Shown here: piece after piece, positions 1 through 11,086 of the stretch
How positions within the stretch are numbered: the first letter of the stretch is position 1
Layout: every line of letters starts with the position of its first letter
Source of the DNA: Nitrosomonas europaea
GTDB taxonomy: Bacteria > Pseudomonadota > Gammaproteobacteria > Burkholderiales > Nitrosomonadaceae
Assembly: GCF_900167395.1 (NCBI RefSeq)
Contig: NZ_FUWK01000002.1
Span: 60,001-92,000, forward strand
Direction: 5' to 3'
DNA: 32,000 bases
Translations under genes and position numbers: made by a program
The notes under the pieces: model-generated
The model's input: only the letters and a program-made list of their open reading frames with translations
Database searches by the model: none
What the model was told of the DNA's origin: nothing

Positions 1-37
1 TCTCACCACGATTTGCGATCAATATTTTTTCAAACAT
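1..37 (-). CDS. accC: Biotin carboxylase (acetyl-CoA carboxylase), first 12 codons only; the gene runs off the left edge
   Basis: The reverse complement of 1-37 reads ATG TTT GAA AAA ATA TTG ATC GCA AAT CGT GGT GAG, giving MFEKILIANRGE, the typical AccC N-terminus. It lies 69 nt downstream of accB, as in the conserved accBC arrangement. Confidence 0.7.
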   Translation of the reverse strand, partial: MFEKILIANRGE

Positions 38-106
38 AAAAATTAGGTGCTGGGAACCTGGTCTGGATGGATGCTTGAGAATTCAGGAAATCACCCCGGG
101 AAATCA

Positions 107-565
107 TCATTCGATGACAAACAATGGCTCTCCATATTCAACCGGCTGGCCATTCTCCGGCAAAATGGTCTTGATTTTGCCGTCACGGTCAGCCTCGATT
201 TCGTTGAGCAGCTTCATGGCTTCGATGATACACAGCGTTTCTCCGGATTTCACATATTGCCCGATTTCGACAAATGGCTTCGCTCCGGGAGCTGAGGCAC
301 GGTAGAAAGTCCCTACCATGGGGGATTTAACGATATGTCCCTCCGGCAGACCAGGTTTATCCGGTGCATCAGTCTCGCTCACCGTAGCTGTTACCGGCCC
401 TGCCGGAGCAGGTGCATGATATTGCGGTACTATTGTGGCAGTCGATTGTGTCAGGGTTATGGATTTGCTGATACGTACTTTTTCTTCACCTTCAGTCACT
501 TCCAGCTCGGTAATACTGTATTCTTCAACTAATTCAATCAATTTTTTGAGTTTTCTCAAATCCAT
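107..565 (-). CDS. accB: Biotin carboxyl carrier protein of acetyl-CoA carboxylase
   Basis: 152-aa ORF with an Ala/Pro-rich linker and the biotinyl-lysine motif ([15 protein letters not shown]). A GGAGGA Shine-Dalgarno lies just upstream of the ATG. Confidence 0.93.
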   Translation of the reverse strand: MDLRKLKKLIELVEEYSITELEVTEGEEKVRISKSITLTQSTATIVPQYHAPAPAGPVTATVSETDAPDKPGLPEGHIVKSPMVGTFYRASAPGAKPFVEIGQYVKSGETLCIIEAMKLLNEIEADRDGKIKTILPENGQPVEYGEPLFVIE

Positions 566-765
566 ATTTTCCTCCGGGGCGGATCCCGTCCATAAACACT
601 CTGATTTGTCTTCAGGTTCGAAATTTTTTTGTTTCCTGATAACGATCGTTGACCGATCTGGAACCGAATCAGTTCATCTGATTTGTATTGCTATTCATTT
701 CAATTATCGGAATCTGCCTGATTGTGGATAAAATCTTTTCAGCGACGCCACCCTGTCCATACTAT

Positions 766-1209
766 TTATCTGGTCAAAGCAAATTGAAGCGCCAGTTCAT
801 ATCCCGCAGCACCCAAACCACTGATGACCCCAACTGCGATATCCGAGAAATAAGAGGTACGACGAAATGATTCACGAGCATAAACATTGGAAAGATGGAT
901 TTCCACAAATGGCAGGCTGGTAGCAGCCAAAGCGTCACGCAGGGCAATACTGGTATGTGTCAGTGCGGCCGGGTTGATGATAATGAAATCGGTACCATCA
1001 CTCATGGCCCCCTGCACCCGGTCGATCAACTCATGCTCAGCATTGCTCTGAAAGATACTCAATGCTACAGGTGCTGCCTGCGCTTTGACCGTCAGATTCC
1101 TGTTAATATCTTCCAGTGTTGTTTGCCCGTAGACGGCGGGTTCTCTTCTGCCCAGAAGATTCAGATTGGGGCCATGGATCACCAGGATATTTGCAGCCAT
1201 ATCGACCAT
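766..1209 (-). CDS. aroQ: Type II 3-dehydroquinate dehydratase
   Basis: 147-aa ORF with [30 protein letters not shown] and other AroQ hallmarks. The aroQ-accB-accC order is conserved. An alternative start at 1200 is possible. Confidence 0.92.
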   Translation of the reverse strand: MVDMAANILVIHGPNLNLLGRREPAVYGQTTLEDINRNLTVKAQAAPVALSIFQSNAEHELIDRVQGAMSDGTDFIIINPAALTHTSIALRDALAATSLPFVEIHLSNVYARESFRRTSYFSDIAVGVISGLGAAGYELALQFALTR

Positions 1210-1371
1210 TCATTTACGATGGCCAATTATGTCCTTTTCTCCTGATATTGTACAGTTTTTTATGTATTTTCCCCGAAGTTACAGCAAAATACCTGATTCT
1301 GGCAAATTACAGAGTTGCTGATTCAGAGGCTGCCTCATTTATCTCTTGCAAACAAATACTGTCGAACGGAA

Positions 1372-2478
1372 ATGGCAAGTGATTTTATAGTGATTGGCGC
1401 AGGAATCATCGGCCTTTCCACTGCGCTTCGATTACTTGAAGAAGGTGCATCAGTCACCCTGCTCGATCGCCGGGAAGCAGGGTGTGAAGCCTCATGGGCG
1501 GGTGGAGGTATTTTGTCTCCTTTATATCCATGGAATTATTCGGATTCCGTAACCCGCCTGGCTGCGTACAGTATGTCACGCTATCCGGAGTGGACGGCAG
1601 CACTGAATACAGCCACTGGTATCGATCCCGAATATCAGATCTGCGGGCTTGTCATTCTTCCACCTTGCGATCCAGAGGCAGCCGTCAACTGGTGCTCCGC
1701 CCATGCGGTACGGCTGACATACCTCTCATCCTCACACCATGGCGGATTATCCTGGGCTCACATCAACGACGAACAGGGAAACGCTCAGGCGCTGTTTCTC
1801 CCTGAAGTTGCTCAGGTTCGCAATCCACGTCTGCTACAGGCGTTATACAAACGTATCAGACAACTGGGCGGAAAGATCATCGAGCATTGCGAAGTCCAGG
1901 AACTGGAGATATCCGGTCAGAAAGTTCATGCCATCCGGACACCATCTGAAAAACACTCTGCTGATCAGTACATTCTTTCAGCTGGTGCCTGGAGCAGAAA
2001 AATTCTCGGAGAACATGCACTGAATCTCGCAATAAAACCCATTCGCGGGCAAATGCTTTTATACAGGCTGCCGGGAAATCCGCTTTGCTCCATTGTGTTG
2101 CAACGAGATCTCTATCTCATTCCGAGACGTGATGGACACTTGCTGGTGGGTAGCACGATCGAGGACACAGGATTTGATAAGCAGATCACCCTCGATGCAA
2201 AAAACAGGCTGTCCAGCTGGGCGGAAGAAATCCTGCCACAACTGAAAAATACGCCACTCCTGAAACATTGGTCGGGCCTGCGCCCCGCCACACCCGACAA
2301 TATCCCGATAATCGGCCCACACCCGTTTCTTGAAAACCTTTATATCAACAGTGGACACTTTCGCTATGGTGTAACGATGGCGCCCGGCAGTGCGGAAATA
2401 CTGGTGAACGAAATCCTGAAACGTACTCAACCTTTTGATGTCACCCCGTATCAGAGGGGGTGGCATCCATCCGAATAA
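1372..2478 (+). CDS. thiO: FAD-dependent oxidoreductase, probably glycine oxidase ThiO
   Basis: N-terminal Rossmann dinucleotide fold (DFIVIGAGIIGLSTALRLLEEGASVTLLDR) and a C-terminal GHFRYGVTMAPGSAE motif typical of the ThiO/DAO family. I prefer the start at 1372 (MASDF...) over the track start at 1315. Confidence 0.7.
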   Translation: MASDFIVIGAGIIGLSTALRLLEEGASVTLLDRREAGCEASWAGGGILSPLYPWNYSDSVTRLAAYSMSRYPEWTAALNTATGIDPEYQICGLVILPPCDPEAAVNWCSAHAVRLTYLSSSHHGGLSWAHINDEQGNAQALFLPEVAQVRNPRLLQALYKRIRQLGGKIIEHCEVQELEISGQKVHAIRTPSEKHSADQYILSAGAWSRKILGEHALNLAIKPIRGQMLLYRLPGNPLCSIVLQRDLYLIPRRDGHLLVGSTIEDTGFDKQITLDAKNRLSSWAEEILPQLKNTPLLKHWSGLRPATPDNIPIIGPHPFLENLYINSGHFRYGVTMAPGSAEILVNEILKRTQPFDVTPYQRGWHPSE

Positions 2479-2480
2479 TG

Positions 2481-3452
2481 TCAGATATATTTATTGAAAC
2501 TCACAGGTTCAGCTTTCGGTAGCGGAAAAGTTACCGATTCAAGAACCCCGGACAATTCTTCGATTATTACACCCTGGTTTGACTGTTTTGCTGCAATCTG
2601 TTCAAGACGTTCGAGCACCTGCTGAACCAGTATTTCCGGAGCAGACGCACCAGCAGTAATTCCGATACACCGTTTATTGGTCAACCAGCTCTCTTGCAAC
2701 TGCTCTGCCTGATCAACCATGTAAGCTTCTACATTCTCATTTCTTGCCACCTCACAGAGGCGATTGGAATTCGAACTGTTCGGTGACCCTACCACGACGA
2801 CCAGATCACAAAGCTTGACCAGCTTCTTGACCGCATCCTGACGGTTTTGTGTGGCATAGCAGATATCATCTTTCTTGGGACCGATAATTTTTGGAAAACG
2901 CTGCTTCAGCGCTTCGATCACACGTGCTGCATCATCGACCGACAAAGTCGTCTGGGTAACGTATGCCAGATTACTTTCGTTCTTGACTTGAAGCCTGGCC
3001 ACATCTTCCGCCGTTTCCACGAGATACATCGTGCCCTTGCTTTTTGCAATCTGCCCCATGGTTCCCTCGACCTCAGGATGACCCTGATGGCCGATCATGA
3101 CGATTTCCTTACCTTCCTTATCCATTTTTGCCACTTCGACATGTACCTTGGTCACGAGCGGGCAGGTCGCATCGAATATCTGCAGTTTACGAGCGGCTGC
3201 TTCCCTTCTCACCTCATGAGAAACACCATGCGCACTGAAAATGAGCATACTCCCTTCCGGTACTTCCTCGAGATTCTCCACGAACACCGCTCCTTTTTTC
3301 TCCAGGTCTTCAACTACGAAGCGGTTATGGACAACTTCATGCCTTACGTAGATAGGTGCGCCATACATCGCCAGCGCACGCTCGACGATTTCAATGGCCC
3401 GGTCAACCCCCGCGCAGAATCCTCTCGGGTTCGCAAGCAATACTCTGATCAT
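2481..3452 (-). CDS. ispH: 4-hydroxy-3-methylbut-2-enyl diphosphate reductase
   Basis: 323-aa ORF beginning [24 protein letters not shown], with conserved Cys in [12 protein letters not shown] and the SSNSNRL motif of IspH/LytB. Confidence 0.95.
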   Translation of the reverse strand: MIRVLLANPRGFCAGVDRAIEIVERALAMYGAPIYVRHEVVHNRFVVEDLEKKGAVFVENLEEVPEGSMLIFSAHGVSHEVRREAAARKLQIFDATCPLVTKVHVEVAKMDKEGKEIVMIGHQGHPEVEGTMGQIAKSKGTMYLVETAEDVARLQVKNESNLAYVTQTTLSVDDAARVIEALKQRFPKIIGPKKDDICYATQNRQDAVKKLVKLCDLVVVVGSPNSSNSNRLCEVARNENVEAYMVDQAEQLQESWLTNKRCIGITAGASAPEILVQQVLERLEQIAAKQSNQGVIIEELSGVLESVTFPLPKAEPVSFNKYI

Positions 3453-3742
3453 CAGCCTGTTTCTCCATAGTTTGTGTACAAGTCCGATTATAAAATAATC
3501 CTGAAAAGGTTTTGAGTTTTCATCTCAGAAGCGATATCTTGTTTCATCTGTAACTAAAGCAGTATTACAGCGACTCGTGTATCTGGTTCGATTATGTTCA
3601 AACTCGCAATAAAACGATTTTTATTGTTTCACCATACATAATCCTCTTAAAATTTCGCTGTATACTCTCGCGATATTTACGTTACGCTGCAAAAACAACT
3701 TAACTGGCTTCGGAACTTGACAGTTTTATTGGGAATTTCCTG

Positions 3743-4036
3743 ATGGGTGCGCTGGCTTTTTATACTTTCATCTACTTTGTCGGGCATTTTGCTGCACTCG
3801 GCCTGAATATCATTACAAACAAAAAACTACTCAGACATCGCTGGGCTGGTCTGGCTGGTGTAATTATCGTAGCAATCATGCATGGGTATAAAATCATTAG
3901 CACCACTCCCCCGTCAGGTCACGATGACGATACGCTGTATGCGCTCAGTTATTTCGTCATCTTTCCAGTAGTGGTCATCAGTGCAGTTCTCTTTTATCTG
4001 AGCGAAAAAGATAAAAAAGACGGCGGTTCAAAATAA
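3743..4036 (+). CDS. Small hypothetical membrane protein with three hydrophobic segments
   Basis: 97-aa ORF with three TM-like stretches and a Lys-rich tail. No family recognised, and the Shine-Dalgarno is weak. It sits in an AT-rich gap directly upstream of hisC. Confidence 0.45.
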   Translation: MGALAFYTFIYFVGHFAALGLNIITNKKLLRHRWAGLAGVIIVAIMHGYKIISTTPPSGHDDDTLYALSYFVIFPVVVISAVLFYLSEKDKKDGGSK

Positions 4037-4075
4037 TCACTGCCTTACTCAATATATTCCGCCTCTCTCTGATAC

Positions 4076-5155
4076 ATGACTTCACCGTCACCTGACCAGG
4101 TCATTCGCCAGGAAATCCTTGCACTGTCAGCCTATCATGTCCCCCCTGCCAAGGATATGGTCAAGCTGGATGCAATGGAAAACCCCTACCGGTTGCCCCC
4201 TTTTTTATGTGAAGAAATCTCCCGGATAGCGGCAGACACATCCATCAATCGTTACCCTGATCCACACGCCGCCGCGCTCAAGGAAGTGCTCAGTACCACA
4301 TTATCCGTTCCGGCCGGAATGGAAATCATGCTGGGCAATGGTTCAGACGAAATCATTCAGATCATCATGCTGGCGGCAGCAAAGCCGGAAGCAAAGCTGC
4401 TGACGATCGAACCGGGATTTGCCATGTTCAAAATGATTGCTACATTCGCGAACATGCAGTATATCGGAATTCCCCTGAAACCTGATTTTTCGCTAGATAT
4501 CGACAGGATGCTCGCAGCAATCGAGCGCCATCAGCCTTCCGTCATATTCCTGGCCTACCCGAATAATCCGAGCGGCAATCTGTTCGATACCAGCGCTCTG
4601 GAAAAGATCATCGAAATATCCCCGGGACTAGTCGTAATCGATGAAGCCTATCATCCTTTTGCCGGAAAAAGTTTCATTGGCAGGCTTGCCGATTATCCCA
4701 ATCTGCTGGTCATGCGGACACTTTCGAAACTGGGACTGGCCGGACTCCGCCTGGGGCTCCTGGCCGGCAGACCGGAGTGGCTATCTCATCTGGAGAAACT
4801 GCGCCTGCCCTATAATGTCAATGTGATTACCCAGCTTGTTGCGACAAAAATCATGCAGCACTATGATGTGTTGCAGCAACAGGCAGATGCAATCAGACAA
4901 ACACGTACCAGATTACGCACTTTCCTGGAAAATCTGAATGGAATCGAGGTGTTCCCTTCGAATGCCAACTTCATTCTGTTCCGTCTCGATGGGGCCAGCC
5001 AGATTTTCAGATTGCTTCAGCAGCATGGCATTCTGGTGAAGAATCTTGACAACAGCCACCCCTTATTAAAAAATTGCCTCCGTGTAACGGTAGGCACACC
5101 TGAAGAGAATGATCGTTTCTGCAACACACTGCAAGACCTGATCGCAGGAAATTAA
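4076..5155 (+). CDS. hisC: Histidinol-phosphate aminotransferase
   Basis: 359-aa ORF with class-II aminotransferase features ([14 protein letters not shown], and [13 protein letters not shown] carrying the PLP lysine). First gene of the his block. Confidence 0.93.
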
Positions 5156-5190
5156 CCGGAAAACCGAACACGACATCCGTTCGAATTTAA

Positions 5191-5784
5191 ATGCTCATGC
5201 GTACAGCACAAGTCACCCGCAATACTCAGGAAACACAAATCACGGTAACGATCAACCTGGACGGCCAGGGAAAAGCGGAATTGGACAGCGGAGTTCCTTT
5301 CCTTGATCACATGCTCGATCAGATTGCCCGTCACGGCATGTTCGATCTGAGTGTTGCCGCAAAAGGTGATCTCCATGTCGATGCACACCATACAGTGGAA
5401 GATATCGGCATCACACTGGGCCAGGCGCTGAATCGTGCAGTCGCTGACAAGAAAGGACTCGTGCGCTACGGACATGCTTATGTACCTCTCGATGAAGCCT
5501 TGTCCAGAGTCGTCATCGATTTATCGGGCAGGCCCGGTTTGCAGTTCAACACCACATTCACACGCGCAGTCATTGGTAATTTCGATGTCGATCTGATCCA
5601 GGAATTCTTTCAAGGCTTTGTCAATCATGCCATGGTAACGCTACACATAGACAATCTGACCGGTAAAAATGCGCATCATCAGGCTGAAACCATTTTCAAA
5701 GCATTTGGCCGGGCGCTGCGTATGGCGGTAACAACCGACCCGCGCTGTGATAACCTTATCCCATCCACCAAAGGCGTGCTGTAG
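5191..5784 (+). CDS. hisB: Imidazoleglycerol-phosphate dehydratase
   Basis: 197-aa ORF with [30 protein letters not shown] and [15 protein letters not shown] motifs. It is monofunctional in length. Confidence 0.95.
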   Translation: MLMRTAQVTRNTQETQITVTINLDGQGKAELDSGVPFLDHMLDQIARHGMFDLSVAAKGDLHVDAHHTVEDIGITLGQALNRAVADKKGLVRYGHAYVPLDEALSRVVIDLSGRPGLQFNTTFTRAVIGNFDVDLIQEFFQGFVNHAMVTLHIDNLTGKNAHHQAETIFKAFGRALRMAVTTDPRCDNLIPSTKGVL

Positions 5785-5814
5785 ACAAAACACCCTGAAC
5801 ATTCTGATACAAAC

Positions 5815-6453
5815 ATGAACTCGATTGCCGTCGTTGATTACGGAATGGGCAACCTGCGATCAGTATCCAAAGCACTGGAATATGTCGATTCATCTGCTGT
5901 CGTCACTGTAACCAGTGATCCCGAAACCATCCGATCTGCCGCACGCGTCGTTGTTCCCGGTCAGGGTGCGATGCCTCATTGCATGCAGGCGCTGGATGAC
6001 CAGGGTTTACGCGAATCAGTTATCGAGGCTGCTAAAAACAAGCCTTTCCTCGGTATCTGCCTTGGGTTGCAAATGCTGTTCGAGGAAAGTGAAGAAGGCA
6101 ATATTCGTGCACTGGGCATTCTGCCTGGCAGAGTCAAAAAACTGGAATCTACGGATACAGCCGATAGCGACATTCCGAAAATCAAGATCCCTCATATGGG
6201 CTGGAACCAGGTTCACCAGACTCTGGAGCACCCGTTATGGCACGGGATCGATACCGACACACGTTTTTACTTCGTTCACAGTTATTACGTGGCAACAGAT
6301 GAACCGCAAATAGTGGCAGGCAGCACCGAATATCCGGTTCCATTCACCTGCGCAGTGGCCAGGGATAATATTTTTGCCATTCAGTTTCACCCTGAGAAAA
6401 GTCATTCTGCAGGACTGGCGTTATTGAGTAATTTCCTGAAATGGACGCCCTGA
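5815..6453 (+). CDS. hisH: Imidazole glycerol phosphate synthase, glutamine amidotransferase subunit
   Basis: 212-aa ORF with VVDYGMGNLRSV, the catalytic Cys in LGICLGLQML, and FHPEKS. Confidence 0.95.
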   Translation: MNSIAVVDYGMGNLRSVSKALEYVDSSAVVTVTSDPETIRSAARVVVPGQGAMPHCMQALDDQGLRESVIEAAKNKPFLGICLGLQMLFEESEEGNIRALGILPGRVKKLESTDTADSDIPKIKIPHMGWNQVHQTLEHPLWHGIDTDTRFYFVHSYYVATDEPQIVAGSTEYPVPFTCAVARDNIFAIQFHPEKSHSAGLALLSNFLKWTP

Positions 6454-6521
6454 TAACATTCAGCTCTTTCCTTGTTTTTATCTTATTTTTCAACCCTGAT
6501 CATCAACCCAGATAAACCTGT

Positions 6522-7271
6522 ATGCTGATTATTCCTGCTATCGATCTGAAAGATGGACATTGTGTCCGACTGAAGCAAGGCATCATGGAAAATGCCACAG
6601 TATTCTCGGAAAATCCTGAAACAGTAGCACTGCACTGGCTGGATAACGGAGCACGTCAACTGCACCTGGTCGATCTCAATGGTGCATTTGCCGGAAAACC
6701 CAAAAATGGCGAAGCAATCCGTGCGATCGTCGAGGCTGTCGATGGCAGAATTCCAATCCAGCTGGGCGGAGGAATACGCGATCTGGAGACCATAGAATAC
6801 TATCTGGATAATGGCATCACCTACGTGATCATCGGAACGGCAGCAGTCAAAGTACCTGGTTTCCTGCACGATGCCTGCTATGCGTTTCCAGGCCAGATTA
6901 TGGTCGGGCTGGATGCCAAGAGTGGAAAAGTGGCCGTCGACGGCTGGTCCAAGGTAACCGGCCATGATGTCATCGATCTCGCTAAAAAATTCCAGGATTA
7001 CGGCGTGGAAGCAATCATCCATACCGATATCGGCCGCGATGGTATGCTCAGCGGGCTCAATATCGAAGCCACCGTGGAACTTGCTCAGGCACTGACGATT
7101 CCTGTCATCGCCAGTGGGGGTGTAACCAATCTGGATGACATCAGAAAATTGTGTGAAGTCCAGTCTGAAGGAATTACTGGCGTCATCACCGGCCGTGCGA
7201 TTTATCAGGGCTCACTTGATTTCAAAGAGGCTCAAGCCCTGGCAGATCAACTGGATGCAGCAACTATTTGA
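6522..7271 (+). CDS. hisA: 1-(5-phosphoribosyl)-5-[(5-phosphoribosylamino)methylideneamino]imidazole-4-carboxamide isomerase
   Basis: 249-aa ORF beginning [17 protein letters not shown], with [17 protein letters not shown] and SGGV motifs. Confidence 0.95.
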   Translation: MLIIPAIDLKDGHCVRLKQGIMENATVFSENPETVALHWLDNGARQLHLVDLNGAFAGKPKNGEAIRAIVEAVDGRIPIQLGGGIRDLETIEYYLDNGITYVIIGTAAVKVPGFLHDACYAFPGQIMVGLDAKSGKVAVDGWSKVTGHDVIDLAKKFQDYGVEAIIHTDIGRDGMLSGLNIEATVELAQALTIPVIASGGVTNLDDIRKLCEVQSEGITGVITGRAIYQGSLDFKEAQALADQLDAATI

Positions 7272-7370
7272 TCGGTTCAGTTATGTCCCATCCGAATATC
7301 ATTTGCACTCACAGCACATTTTTTACCCTGTCTCTCTTCTATTCAGCCTGCTTCTGACAATTTCTGATCA

Positions 7371-8147
7371 ATGGGATTAGCCAAACGTATCATCCCCTGT
7401 CTTGATATCAAAGATGGGCGCGTCGTCAAAGGAGTCAATTTTGTCTCGTTGCGGGATGCGGGAGACCCGGTCGAAATTGCCCGCAGCTATAATGAACAGG
7501 GCGCTGACGAGCTCGTTTTCCTCGATATTACCGCCAGCTCGGAAAATCGCGACTTAATTCTGCATATCGTCGAAAAAGTCGCCGCACAGGTGTTCATCCC
7601 ACTGACAGTAGGCGGAGGCGTCCGTAAGGCCGAAGATGTACGCAGGCTTTTGAACGCAGGTGCAGACAAAGTCAGCATCAACACCTCAGCGGTATTGAAT
7701 CCGATGCTGATCAAGGAATCAGCAGATCACTACGGCTCCCAGTGTATCGTGATCGCAATCGATGCCAGACAAATACCTGATGCAAATCCTGAATCTCCAC
7801 GCTGGGAAGTATTTACCCATGGCGGACGCAAACCCACTGGAATCGATGCAATTGAATGGGCTCAAAAAATACAAGCCCTGGGCGCCGGAGAAATTCTGCT
7901 AACCAGCATGGATCGTGATGGTACGCGTTCCGGATTCGATCTCACACTGACACGTGCAATCTCCGATTCAGTCGATTTACCGGTCATTGCAAGTGGTGGT
8001 GTCGGTCATCTGGATCATCTGGTGGAAGGTATTCTGGCAGGCCATGCCGATGCCGTACTGGCAGCAAGCATTTTCCATTATGGCGAGTACAGTATCCTAC
8101 AAGCCAAACAATATCTGTCATCGCACGGGATAGAAGTTCGCCTGTAA
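7371..8147 (+). CDS. hisF: Imidazole glycerol phosphate synthase, cyclase subunit
   Basis: 258-aa ORF with [35 protein letters not shown] and ASGGVG motifs. Confidence 0.95.
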   Translation: MGLAKRIIPCLDIKDGRVVKGVNFVSLRDAGDPVEIARSYNEQGADELVFLDITASSENRDLILHIVEKVAAQVFIPLTVGGGVRKAEDVRRLLNAGADKVSINTSAVLNPMLIKESADHYGSQCIVIAIDARQIPDANPESPRWEVFTHGGRKPTGIDAIEWAQKIQALGAGEILLTSMDRDGTRSGFDLTLTRAISDSVDLPVIASGGVGHLDHLVEGILAGHADAVLAASIFHYGEYSILQAKQYLSSHGIEVRL

Positions 8148-8303
8148 CAAAATAGGATTATCTTTCCTTGATTCCTATATAACCCTAGCTTCAGCTCGAT
8201 CAGGAGTGCCCTTTTACCTGGCATTATTGCCCTTGCATTTTAAAAATACCCTTGAAACTGTTAAGATCGCCCGAAGAAACAAAAGAACACGTGGAGCACG
8301 TCA

Positions 8304-8693
8304 ATGACAGACAAGTGGCTTGACACAATCAACTGGTCGGCAGACGGCCTCATTCCAGCTATCGCACAAGATAAAAACAACGGTAAAATTCTGATGGTCG
8401 CCTGGATGAACCGCGAAGCACTCAAACGTACTGTCGAAAGCGGTGAAGCGGTTTACTGGTCACGCTCCAGAAAAAAACTGTGGCATAAAGGCGAGGAATC
8501 CGGGCATACCCAGAAAATCAGTGCGATCCATCTCGATTGCGATGAAGATATCCTTCTCCTCAGTGTGGAACAGAAAGGAGGAATTGCTTGCCATACAGGC
8601 AGACAAAGTTGCTTCTTCCGTCAATTGAAAAATGGAGAATGGGTCGTCACAGAACCTGTTATCAAAGACCCGTCACAAATTTATACCAAATGA
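8304..8693 (+). CDS. hisI: Phosphoribosyl-AMP cyclohydrolase
   Basis: 129-aa ORF with [35 protein letters not shown] and CHTG motifs. Confidence 0.93.
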
Positions 8694-9028
8694 CAGCATC
8701 GACCATACTGCAGCGGCTGGCACGGACAATCGAAGCACGAAAGAACGCTGATCCTTCCATCTCTTATACGGCAAAATTGCTGAACAGCAGCCAGGATAAG
8801 GTGCTGAAAAAAATTGCTGAGGAAGCCGCTGAAACCATCATGGCTTGCAAAGACAATGACAGAGAACAGATCATTTATGAAACGGCAGATTTATGGTTTC
8901 ATTGTCTGATCATGCTCACCCGGCATGACATTTCGCCGGAAGATATATTGCGGGAACTGGAACGCCGGGAAGGAATATCCGGCATCGAAGAAAAGTTATC
9001 GCGATCCCAACCCAACAAAACTGAGTAA
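8690..9028 (+). CDS. hisE: Phosphoribosyl-ATP pyrophosphatase
   Basis: I prefer the start at 8690, which overlaps the hisI stop as ATGA. The product [18 protein letters not shown]...SYTAKLL...KKIAEEAAE...ADLWFH matches the HisE/MazG-like family. The track ORF starting at 8588 is an upstream extension inside hisI. Confidence 0.88.
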
Positions 9029-9029
9029 T

Positions 9030-9380
9030 ATGGAAGACTGTCTATTCTGCAAAATCGTCCGTGGAGAAATCCCGGCCACCAAAATCCATGAGGATGAGGA
9101 TACACTGGTATTTCTCGATATCCATCCGGCAGCACCCGTACATCTGCTGGTGGTACCCAAACAGCATATCGGATCACTGAGTGAAGTCGATGCGAGCCAT
9201 CAGCAGTTACTCGGTAAAATGTTGTGGCTGGCTCCCCGGCTGGCAGCCAGTCAGGGATGTACAGATGGATTCCGAACCATTATCAACACCGGCCGAGTAG
9301 GCGGACAGGAAGTGTTTCATCTTCACCTTCACGTTATCGGAGGGAAGGATCGTCTGCCCGCCATGGTTCACCACGACTAA
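9030..9380 (+). CDS. Histidine triad (HIT) family nucleotide hydrolase
   Basis: MEDCLFCKIVRGEIPA at the N-terminus and the HLHLHVIGG histidine-triad motif. The start at 9030 lies 1 nt after the hisE stop. Confidence 0.9.
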   Translation: MEDCLFCKIVRGEIPATKIHEDEDTLVFLDIHPAAPVHLLVVPKQHIGSLSEVDASHQQLLGKMLWLAPRLAASQGCTDGFRTIINTGRVGGQEVFHLHLHVIGGKDRLPAMVHHD

Positions 9381-9395
9381 CCGTTCAAGGAGCAA

Positions 9396-9629
9396 ATGAT
9401 GGGAAGTTTCAGTATTTGGCACTGGCTGGTTGTTCTGGCAATTGTCGTCCTGGTATTCGGGACCAAAAAACTGCGCAATCTTGGCAGTGATCTGGGCGGA
9501 GCAGTCCGTGGATTCAAAGAGGGAATGAAAGGGGCTGAAGAAGAAAGCACTCCGCCCCCCCCGGCTCAGCAGGTCACCGGCCATTCGATCAAAAGTGAAA
9601 TAGAAGAAAAAGATCAGACGAAAGTGTGA
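9396..9629 (+). CDS. tatA: Twin-arginine translocase subunit TatA
   Basis: 77-aa ORF with one TM segment followed by [23 protein letters not shown]. An AGGAG Shine-Dalgarno lies upstream. Confidence 0.93.
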   Translation: MMGSFSIWHWLVVLAIVVLVFGTKKLRNLGSDLGGAVRGFKEGMKGAEEESTPPPPAQQVTGHSIKSEIEEKDQTKV

Positions 9630-9713
9630 TCTGACACATGGCTCTCCGCAATTACCGGGACAGGATGCTCGGGATAATCTCCAAGTGCAGTTCAACAATG
9701 TTCGAATCTGAAA

Positions 9714-10109
9714 ATGTTTGATATCAGTTTCGCTGAACTCGTGGTCGTTGGAATTGTAGCGCTGATCGTCATCGGGCCGGAACGGTTGCCGGCCGTTGCC
9801 CGCACAGCAGGTTATTTTCTGGGGCGTGCCCGTCGCTATGTCGATCAGGTCAAGCATGACCTGCATGAAGAAATGGAACTGGACAGCCTGAGAAAACTAA
9901 GAGATTCCATGCACGAAACCGTCAATTCATTTGAGAATTCGGTACGCAGCGAAATAAACAAAATTCAGGAAACTACAGAAACCCAGTCTGCAGTCATACC
10001 GGATAAACAACCTCCATTTGAAAAAGCTGCGGAAAATATCGAACCGGTCAATACCAGTGAAACCAAAACTTCATCAGCACCTGCCGAACCCCGGCAGCCG
10101 AACAGTTAG
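9714..10109 (+). CDS. tatB: Twin-arginine translocase subunit TatB
   Basis: 131-aa ORF beginning MFDISFAELVVVGIVALIVIGPERLP, followed by an amphipathic helix and an acidic tail. Confidence 0.9.
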   Translation: MFDISFAELVVVGIVALIVIGPERLPAVARTAGYFLGRARRYVDQVKHDLHEEMELDSLRKLRDSMHETVNSFENSVRSEINKIQETTETQSAVIPDKQPPFEKAAENIEPVNTSETKTSSAPAEPRQPNS

Positions 10110-10205
10110 CTTCTGTAAGGATTCAATCACTGCAAGCCGGTGATCGTCCTCATTTCCATCAAATCAGACAGCCCAATCTAACAACAGGACGAACCGCAGT
10201 AACAG

Positions 10206-10982
10206 ATGGATGACGATATTACTTTTATTTCACATCTGGTGGAATTACGCTCCCGGCTGATCCGGGCACTTCTGGTACTGTTTCTGGGTTTTCTCCCCTG
10301 CGCTTTCTTTGCGCGAGAGTTATACAGTTTTCTGGCTTTCCCCCTGCTGGAAAAATTACCACAAGGCGGGCAGATGATCGCCACCGAGGTCGTCACCCCT
10401 TTCTTCATCCCAATGAAAGTAGCGCTGATGGTGGCATTTCTCATCACACTGCCGCATACGCTCTATCAGCTTTGGGCATTCGTCGCACCCGGTCTGTACA
10501 GCCACGAGAAACGCCTGTTTCTGCCGCTGGTATTCATCAGCAGCCTTCTTTTTTTCACAGGTATGGCATTTGCCTACTTTGCCGTACTGCCACTGGTATT
10601 CGAGTTCATCGTCTATTTTGCGCCGGAAGGGGTCGCCGTCATGACTGACATCAGCGAATACCTCGGTTTTGTCCTGTCGATGTTCCTGGCTTTCGGAATC
10701 ACATTTGAAGTACCGGTCTTCGTACTGATACTCATTCGGACCGGTCTCGTCTCGATCGAGAAAATGAAATCTGTCCGCCGCTTTGTACTGGTAGGTGCAT
10801 TCGTCATCGGTGCGATTTTCACTCCACCCGATGTCATGTCGCAGATCTTGCTGGCAGTCCCTTTATACCTGCTCTACGAACTGGGCATCATCCTGGCTGC
10901 CTTGTCGATGAAATCATCCTCCCGCAAGTCACCACTACCCGTTACGCAAAATCGGCATAACGATACCGGAGAAAATGAGTAA
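10206..10982 (+). CDS. tatC: Twin-arginine translocase subunit TatC
   Basis: 258-aa polytopic membrane ORF with HLVELRSRLI, WAFVAPGLY and FTPPDVMSQ motifs. Confidence 0.93.
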   Translation: MDDDITFISHLVELRSRLIRALLVLFLGFLPCAFFARELYSFLAFPLLEKLPQGGQMIATEVVTPFFIPMKVALMVAFLITLPHTLYQLWAFVAPGLYSHEKRLFLPLVFISSLLFFTGMAFAYFAVLPLVFEFIVYFAPEGVAVMTDISEYLGFVLSMFLAFGITFEVPVFVLILIRTGLVSIEKMKSVRRFVLVGAFVIGAIFTPPDVMSQILLAVPLYLLYELGIILAALSMKSSSRKSPLPVTQNRHNDTGENE

Positions 10983-11086
10983 TCAATACACCAGCCACTA
11001 CAGGTCACATCTTCTCCTGTCAATCAGCAAACTTTCCTTACACCACAGATAATTACCCGCCTCTCACCCCGGATCAGGCGCAATGC

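Noticed and set aside
1210-1371. A TPP riboswitch upstream of the thiO-like gene
   Set aside because: No CTGAGA / ACCTGATCTGGATAATGCCAGCG-type THI-box elements are visible. The region looks like a plain divergent promoter.
2847-3470. 207-aa + strand ORF
   Set aside because: It is fully antisense to ispH, whose product has unmistakable family motifs. The ORF's composition is rich in Cys, His and Arg. It is a typical shadow ORF.
3607-3626. A perfect 8-bp inverted repeat caataaaa-cgat-ttttattg in the ispH upstream region
   Set aside because: The stem is all A/T, with negligible stability and no associated gene end. It may be a protein site but cannot be supported further.
6483-7022. 179-aa - strand ORF
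   Set aside because: It is antisense to hisA, and the hisA frame carries the conserved motifs.
9690-9712. A tRNA-like T-loop sequence (gttcgaatc) between tatA and tatB
   Set aside because: No acceptor, D or anticodon arms can be drawn around it, so it is a chance match.
9207-9866. 219-aa - strand ORF spanning the HIT 3' end, tatA and the tatB 5' end
   Set aside because: It is antisense to three well-supported genes and crosses two intergenic gaps. No recognisable domain.
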